From contig JAVETN010000003.1 in the NCBI GenBank assembly GCA_034006035.1, forward strand, positions 74,472 to 138,471: DNA of 64,000 bases, in the 5' to 3' direction. The stretch is from Desulforegulaceae bacterium (GTDB lineage Bacteria; Desulfobacterota; Desulfobacteria; Desulfobacterales; JACKCP01). Made by a program: the position numbers and the translations under genes. The first letter of the stretch is position 1; every line of letters starts with the position of its first letter. Below the pieces are notes generated by a model. That model did not search any database and was not told the DNA's origin. It saw only the letters and a program-made list of their open reading frames with translations. Of this stretch, positions 58,542-64,000 are shown in pieces.

Positions 58542-60320
58542 TTATTTTTCAAAAACATAGGTTCCCGGGGCATCTCCAAGATCATAGTCTTTAGACACCG
58601 GACATTTTGGAGCAGGAATATCATCCCCGGTTCTTTTTTTCAGCCATTCCACCCATTCGGTCCACCAGCTTCCCTCTTGGATTTTTGCAGTTGCAAGCCA
58701 ATGCTCAGGACCCTTTCCAAGGATTCCGTTTCTAAAATATTTTCCCTTGTTGTTTTCAGGAGGATTTATAATTCCGGCTATATGTCCCCCTGAGGTAAGG
58801 ATAAATTTAATAGGGGATGTTACAAAATGTGGAATTCTGTATACTGATTTCCAGGGTGCAATATGGTCTCTTTCAGTTCCCACTGAAAAAAGGTCCATAT
58901 CAATAGCTCTTAAATCAAGGCTTCTTCCGCCCATTATAAACTTACCTTCTGTTAGCTGATCTTCAAGGTAAAGCTTTTTTAAAATATCAATATGAAGCTT
59001 TTTAGGCATTCTTGTTCCATCATCATTCCAGTAAAGAAAGTCAAAGTTAAAAGGCTCTTTTGCAAGAAAGTATGTGTCAATAAAATAGTTCCAGTAAAGA
59101 TCTCTTGGCTTTAAGAGGCTGAATGTGGTTGCCATATTGGATTTATCAAGAAACCCATTGTCAACCATCAGATCTTCAAGAAAAGCTATCTGGCTTTCAT
59201 CAATAAAGCTTTTAAGTTCTCCTGCATCAGAAAAGTCTATCTGCCCTGCAAAAAATGAAAGAGTTTTGATGGAGGAGTTTTTCTTCCCCCTTAAATATGC
59301 AGCAGCAGTTGTGCATAAAATTGACCCCATGCAGTATCCTGTGAGATGAACACTATCAGTTGAGAGCATTTCTTTTATTATTTCAATGGGCTCAAGAACA
59401 CCTTTTCCTGTATACTCAATCATTCCATATTCACTATAATCTTTTGTGCTGATATTTTTCCAGGAAATTACAAAAACAGTAAACCCCTGATTAACCAGAT
59501 ATGCAACCATTGAGTTATTGCGACTTAAATCGAAAATATAATATTTGTTGATCCAGGCTGGTACAAGAAGAATTGGGGTAGAACTGACTTTTTCAGTCTT
59601 TGGAACATACTGGATTAATTCTATGATTTCATTTTTATAGACAACTTTACCTTTTGTTGTGGCCAGGGTTTCACCAACCTTGTGATACTGATCCTTAGAA
59701 TGTCTTATTTTAATTCCGCCCTCGGTTTTTATATCTTCAAGAAAGGTGACAAAGCCTTTTAAAAGGTTAATTCCATTTTCCTCCATTGTTTTTTCAATTA
59801 CCTCAGGGTTGGTGAAAGGAAAATTCATTGGGTTTATCATTGCTGTAATCTGTTTTAGCCAGAACTCTATTAAAAGCTTGGACTGACCTTGAACCCCTTT
59901 TATCTCAGAAAAAAATTCCTGGATAAAAGGTTCTATAATAAGAAAGAAGTTTTTATAATGTATGAAAGGACGTTCTTCCCACATTTTATGGCTGAATCTT
60001 TTGTCTTTTGGAAGATTTTCTCCTTCAGAGATAAAGGCTTGGTTCAGTTCCCAAGTTAATTTAACAAAGTCAAGATACTTGTTAAATCTTGTTCCAGGAC
60101 TCCATGCAAGGTGGACAAAACCGTCATAAAAAGATCTTGCAAAAGCCGGGATGTCAACCGGACCAATTATATTGGACATTTTTTTTCTGAAAAGTCTGTC
60201 CATATGAAGAGCTGCTTTTTTCAGTTCGTCCATGGGTTCAGGAGTGTCTGAAAAATATTCTAGGTTGGCTGTTTTTTTAAACTCAGCATCAGGCATTCTT
60301 TTGATTGGTTTTTGGTGCAT
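58542..60320 (-). CDS. phaC: Class I poly(R)-hydroxyalkanoate synthase
   Basis: 592 aa with lipase box GYCMGS, NKYYIFDL, YWNDDGTRMP and DHIAPW. Confidence 0.9.
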   Translation of the reverse strand: MHQKPIKRMPDAEFKKTANLEYFSDTPEPMDELKKAALHMDRLFRKKMSNIIGPVDIPAFARSFYDGFVHLAWSPGTRFNKYLDFVKLTWELNQAFISEGENLPKDKRFSHKMWEERPFIHYKNFFLIIEPFIQEFFSEIKGVQGQSKLLIEFWLKQITAMINPMNFPFTNPEVIEKTMEENGINLLKGFVTFLEDIKTEGGIKIRHSKDQYHKVGETLATTKGKVVYKNEIIELIQYVPKTEKVSSTPILLVPAWINKYYIFDLSRNNSMVAYLVNQGFTVFVISWKNISTKDYSEYGMIEYTGKGVLEPIEIIKEMLSTDSVHLTGYCMGSILCTTAAAYLRGKKNSSIKTLSFFAGQIDFSDAGELKSFIDESQIAFLEDLMVDNGFLDKSNMATTFSLLKPRDLYWNYFIDTYFLAKEPFNFDFLYWNDDGTRMPKKLHIDILKKLYLEDQLTEGKFIMGGRSLDLRAIDMDLFSVGTERDHIAPWKSVYRIPHFVTSPIKFILTSGGHIAGIINPPENNKGKYFRNGILGKGPEHWLATAKIQEGSWWTEWVEWLKKRTGDDIPAPKCPVSKDYDLGDAPGTYVFEK

Positions 60321-60525
60321 GGGACCTCCTTAAAATAATTTTGTACTTTAAATCTTGGGGAAGTATAGATACCATATTGTTTAAGTATTCTTGAAAAAGA
60401 TATTAATCCATTATATATTAATTCTAGTAATTTAAAAGGCTTTTGTGTGTTTTGCGGCTAACGATGAATTAATCCATATTCAAAAATTTCAGTTTTTAGT
60501 TAACTTGAAAATTAAGGAAAAAATT

Positions 60526-61344
60526 TTGGGGGACATCTCAAAATGGAGCAATATTTCGAAAACTCTTCTTCTTCCTCTTTATTTTCGAGCTATTGAGTCA
60601 CAAAAAAAGGGTGGAAATTTTTCTGATGAAAAGGCTGCTGAAATAATAAAAAAGATTGATTATGACTTTGATAGAATGGATGGCTTCAAAGTTCTTCAAT
60701 CAGCCACAATAATGAGAGAAAAATCTTTTGATTTTTTAGTCAGCGAGTTTATTAAGGAAAATCCCTTTTCCATTGTAATAAATATCGGGGCAGGGCTGGA
60801 TACAAGGTTTTTTCGGATGGACAATGGAAAAATCAATTGGTATGAGCTTGATCTTCCGGAAATAATTGGAGTAAGAAAAGAGTTGTTTGATGAAACAGAT
60901 CGCTATAAATTCATAGCTGCTTCTGCCTTTGATATAAGATGGGTTAAAAAAATTAAAAATAAAGACCAAAGACCTGTTCTTATAATTGCAGAGGGTATTT
61001 TGCTTTATTTTTCAAAGCCTATGGTAAAAAAATTTGTAAAGGAGTTAAGAATTAAATTTGCCGGGGCAAATTTAATTTTTGATGCTGTAACTCCTGAGCA
61101 GGCAGCTGCAAGTTTTTTTAATCCAGCCCTTTCAATGATGGATGTATGTTTTAAGTGGGGGATGCGAACTATAGATGAACTAGCTTTATGGGACAGCAAC
61201 ATTGAAACAAAAGATGTTATATATTATTTTAAACCTTCTTTTGAAAAACTTGGGTGGTATGGATGGTTTTCCATGGTGCCTGCAATAAGATTTGGTTTTT
61301 ATATAGTTTCCTGTGTACTTGGAAAAGAAAGTGGAGAGAAATAG
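60526..61344 (+). CDS. Class I SAM-dependent methyltransferase (LCM / COG3315, TcmP-like)
   Basis: SKTLLLPLYFRAIES and IVINIGAGLDTRFFRM. The start is uncertain: I chose TTG 60526, 7 nt after AAGGA, while the longest ORF begins at GTG 60445. Confidence 0.7.
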   Translation: MGDISKWSNISKTLLLPLYFRAIESQKKGGNFSDEKAAEIIKKIDYDFDRMDGFKVLQSATIMREKSFDFLVSEFIKENPFSIVINIGAGLDTRFFRMDNGKINWYELDLPEIIGVRKELFDETDRYKFIAASAFDIRWVKKIKNKDQRPVLIIAEGILLYFSKPMVKKFVKELRIKFAGANLIFDAVTPEQAAASFFNPALSMMDVCFKWGMRTIDELALWDSNIETKDVIYYFKPSFEKLGWYGWFSMVPAIRFGFYIVSCVLGKESGEK

Positions 61345-61347
61345 TTT

Positions 61348-61824
61348 ATGCTAAGCGATAATGAAAAAAAAGTTGTGGCTCTTATTCAGGGGGATATCCC
61401 AATAGAAAAAAATCCATACGAAATCCTTGCTAAACAAGCAGGTATTTCAGAAGATGAATTTATTGAAGCTTTAAAAAGTCTTGATGACAAAAAAATAATA
61501 AGAAGATTTGGAGCCACATTAAGACATCAAAAATCAGGTTATTCAACCAATGCAATGGTAGCCTGGAACGTTCCCGAAGATAAAATCCATGAAATAGGAA
61601 AAATCATGGCAGAATTTTCTTTTGTTTCCCATTGCTATAGAAGAGATCCCAAACCTGAATGGCCTTTTAATCTTTATACAATGGTCCATGCTAAAAGTAA
61701 GGAAGGCTGCATTCATAAAGTAAATAAGATGTCCAAAAAGTCTCAAATTAGTGATTTTGATGTTTTATATAGTGCAAAAGAGCTTAAAAAGACTTCTATG
61801 AAATACTTTACAAAAGAGTTTTAA
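61348..61824 (+). CDS. Siroheme decarboxylase subunit (AhbA/AhbB, NirD/G/H/L family; Lrp/AsnC-like)
   Basis: EKKVVALIQGDIPIEKNPYEILAKQAGISEDEFIEALKSL, GYSTNAMVAW, SHCYRR and WPFNLYTMVHA. Confidence 0.75.
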   Translation: MLSDNEKKVVALIQGDIPIEKNPYEILAKQAGISEDEFIEALKSLDDKKIIRRFGATLRHQKSGYSTNAMVAWNVPEDKIHEIGKIMAEFSFVSHCYRRDPKPEWPFNLYTMVHAKSKEGCIHKVNKMSKKSQISDFDVLYSAKELKKTSMKYFTKEF

Positions 61825-61857
61825 AAACCCGGGTTTGTTTTAGTTAAGTGTAAAGAT

Positions 61858-62490
61858 TTACTTTCCCCATTGGGGTAAAAGCCTGTTTTCAACTCCAAGG
61901 TGATTTAAAATTTTTGACACAACAGAGTCAGTGAGATCTTCAATTGACTTGGGATGGTTGTAAAAAGAAGGGGAAGCAGGCAGAATAACAGCTCCTGAAT
62001 CATTTACTCTTATCATGTTTTCAAGTTGAATTCTGTTAAAAGGAGTTTCCCTTGGGACTAAAATAAGTTTTCTTTTTTCCTTGAGGCAAACATCAGCACT
62101 TCTTGAAATAAGAGAGTCTGCAATTCCTGATGCAATTGATCCCAGAGTTTTCATTGAGCAGGGCACAATAGCCATTCCATTGTGAAGAAATGAGCCGCTT
62201 GCAGGAGGAGAGAAAAAATCATTTTCTTTATGTATAAAGATTTGGGCTTTAATCTCTGAATCTTTTTTGTCTTTTAAAAGAAAATCAATTAAAGGTCCGT
62301 TTTTATAATCTGTTTCGTGAAAAAGAACCTGGTGTCCAGAAGCTGAAACAATTAAATGGAGTTCAAGGTCTTTTTTTACAAGCTCATTTAAGAGTCTTAA
62401 AAAATAGATCACTCCGGATGCTCCTGTACAGGCAATTACAAACTTTTTGTTAAATCCATCTGAAGAATAACTCATCAAGAAAAAATCCAA
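61858..62490 (-). CDS. ubiX: Flavin prenyltransferase UbiX
   Basis: FVIACTGASGVIY, VPCSMKTLGSIASG and LVPRETP. The start may be 62475 (MSYSS). Confidence 0.9.
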   Translation of the reverse strand: MDFFLMSYSSDGFNKKFVIACTGASGVIYFLRLLNELVKKDLELHLIVSASGHQVLFHETDYKNGPLIDFLLKDKKDSEIKAQIFIHKENDFFSPPASGSFLHNGMAIVPCSMKTLGSIASGIADSLISRSADVCLKEKRKLILVPRETPFNRIQLENMIRVNDSGAVILPASPSFYNHPKSIEDLTDSVVSKILNHLGVENRLLPQWGK

Positions 62491-63325
62491 GAAATAGGGT
62501 TATTGAAATAACGCTGTTTATGTTAAAAAAAGCAAGATCAATTTTTTCCATCTTACCGGGCCTTACAACTATATGCTCCATTATAAGGAGAATCCCAATA
62601 AGAAAAGCAGATAAAAGAAAAATATAATTCATTGAAAAAATAAAATATAAAGACATAAAGGAGACAAAGGTAATTAAATGTAAAATATCTGAAATAAAAA
62701 AGGCTTTTTTTTCCCCAAGCTTTGCAGGAATTGAATGAAGGTTGTTTTCATTGTCAAAATCCAGATCCTGACAGGCATATAAAATATCAAAGCCAGAAAT
62801 ATATGTAAGAAGGGTAAGAGAAAGAATTATTATTCCCCAATTTATTGAATTTGTAAGTGCAATAAAAGCACCTGCTGGAGCAAGGGAAATTGCAAATCCA
62901 AGATAAATATGGGCAAGGCTTGTAAATCTTTTTGTATATGAATAAAAAAAAAGAACTAAAAGAACTGGAAAAGAAAGATAAAAGCAAAGACTTCCCAACA
63001 TAAAAGCCGAGAATATAAAAAGAGCTGATGAAAAGAAAACAAAAAACCAGGCAGATTTTGAACTTATTTTACCCGAAGGAAGCTCTCTTTGTCTTGTTCT
63101 TGGGTTTGAACTGTCGATTTTCTTGTCTGCTATTCTGTTGAATCCCATTGCTGCAGATCTTGCTCCTGTCATTGCAAGAATAATAAACAAAATCTGATTA
63201 AAGTTTATATCAGTGTATCTTGAGGCCAAAACAACAGCTGAAAGAGCAAAGGGAAGAGCAAAAATTGTGTGTGAAATTTTAATCATTTCACTATAGGTTT
63301 TTATTGCAAAAACATATTTTTTCAT
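62450..63325 (-). CDS. UbiA-family aromatic prenyltransferase (4-hydroxybenzoate polyprenyltransferase-like)
   Basis: GFNRIADKKIDSSNPRTRQRELPSG (NxxxDxxxD-type motif), a second D-rich motif (CQDLDFD) and about 8 TM helices. Confidence 0.85.
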   Translation of the reverse strand: MKKYVFAIKTYSEMIKISHTIFALPFALSAVVLASRYTDINFNQILFIILAMTGARSAAMGFNRIADKKIDSSNPRTRQRELPSGKISSKSAWFFVFFSSALFIFSAFMLGSLCFYLSFPVLLVLFFYSYTKRFTSLAHIYLGFAISLAPAGAFIALTNSINWGIIILSLTLLTYISGFDILYACQDLDFDNENNLHSIPAKLGEKKAFFISDILHLITFVSFMSLYFIFSMNYIFLLSAFLIGILLIMEHIVVRPGKMEKIDLAFFNINSVISITLFLGFFLDELFFRWI

Positions 63326-64000
63326 TCAAAAATTCCGCTTATTTTATGTCCACATTCACCACATTTTCCATTTTTTATATGGTTTCCTATAACATAAAAC
63401 CCTTTTCTTTCAACTACTTTGTTTTTGCACTGGGGGCATATGGTTGATTCAAAATCATCTCCAAAGATATTTCCTGGATAAATATAATTAAGGCCTTGTT
63501 TTTGACCAGTTTCAATTGCTTTGTGAATTGTACCAGCAGGAGTTGGCTTTATATCGGTCATTTTAAAACATGGATGAAATGCTGAAATATGCCAGGGAGT
63601 ATCTTGTCCAAGTTCATTTTTTATAAATTTTGCAATATTTTCTATTTCTTCTTTACTATCGTTTATTCCTGAAATTAAAAGGGTGGTTATCTCAATAAAA
63701 ATATTTTCTTTTTTCATTCTTTTTAAGGTTTCAAGAACAGGCTTTAGTTTTCCCCCGCAGATTTTTTCATAAAAATTATTGCTAAAGGATTTAAGGTCAA
63801 TATTTGCAGCATCAATAAATTCCTTTATTTCATCAAAACCCTGCTTTGAAATAAAACCGTTTGAAACCATTAAATTTAAAATGCCTTTGTCTTTTGCAAT
63901 AAGGGCTGTATCTTTCATAAGTTCAAAAAAAACAGTAGGTTCTGAATACGTGTAGCTTATTGATTTTGCTTTATTTGCAATGGCTTCTTTTACAAGGTCT
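63322..64000 (-). CDS. AmmeMemoRadiSam-system-type radical SAM enzyme (PflA-like), 5'-truncated by the window edge
   Basis: The frame is open to nt 64000 (..SISYTYSEPTVFFELMKD..). The C-terminal Zn ribbon is CPQCKNKVVERKG...GKCGECGHKISGIF. The stop overlaps the ubiA-like start (ATGA). Confidence 0.7.
   Translation of the reverse strand, partial: DLVKEAIANKAKSISYTYSEPTVFFELMKDTALIAKDKGILNLMVSNGFISKQGFDEIKEFIDAANIDLKSFSNNFYEKICGGKLKPVLETLKRMKKENIFIEITTLLISGINDSKEEIENIAKFIKNELGQDTPWHISAFHPCFKMTDIKPTPAGTIHKAIETGQKQGLNYIYPGNIFGDDFESTICPQCKNKVVERKGFYVIGNHIKNGKCGECGHKISGIFE

Overview
This is a 64-kb, densely packed, strongly AT-rich bacterial chromosomal segment (G+C judged by eye at roughly one third, not computed). 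The gene content looks Desulfobacterota-like, which is an inference from the AhbA/B-type siroheme decarboxylase, Na+-decarboxylase beta subunit, HDOD/DUF4388/MshEN signalling proteins, PhaC, MtnA and UbiX/UbiA. I support about 55 protein genes, about 10 hairpin terminators and a few regulatory sites. I recognised no rRNA, tRNA, CRISPR array, transposase or prophage gene. Layout from left to right:
- 1-1495: an HhaI-like type II restriction-modification pair.
- 1617-6723: an acyl-CoA cluster on the minus strand (acyl-CoA dehydrogenase, MarR, crotonase, Na+-decarboxylase beta subunit).
- 8654-13584: the housekeeping block mnmE-jag-yidC-yidD-rnpA-rpmH. rpmH is missing from the ORF track because it is shorter than 60 aa.
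- 13719-18757: rng, a radical SAM gene and prmA.
- 19052-23918: gyrB-dnaN preceded by a split rdgC-like gene. There is no dnaA or recF.
- 24127-42692: mixed-strand housekeeping genes (asnS, nadB, mtnA, cheY, usp, mgtC).
- 42802-48935: a four-gene signalling operon.
- 49346-64000: membrane, stress and lipid genes (csp, MscS-like, PhaC, LpxL-like) and a cofactor cluster (ahb, ubiX, ubiA-like, AmmeMemoRadiSam radical SAM).
The observations most worth a second look:
1. An EndoQ-like PHP nuclease and a UvrD/PcrA helicase lie in one frame, interrupted by a single TAA exactly where the helicase Q-motif glutamine should be.
2. The operon 42802-48935 encodes REC-pseudoREC-DUF4388, an ATPase-less MshEN/T2SSE_N protein with a near-canonical c-di-GMP-binding motif, a MinD/ParA ATPase, and a hybrid kinase whose receiver carries Glu at the phospho-acceptor position and ends in HDOD.
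3. An RdgC homologue is encoded as two abutting ORFs directly upstream of dnaN.
4. A Na+-translocating decarboxylase beta/gamma-like pair has a crotonase as its soluble operon partner and no visible biotin or carboxyltransferase subunits.
All family assignments come from motif recognition by eye. No database search was possible.
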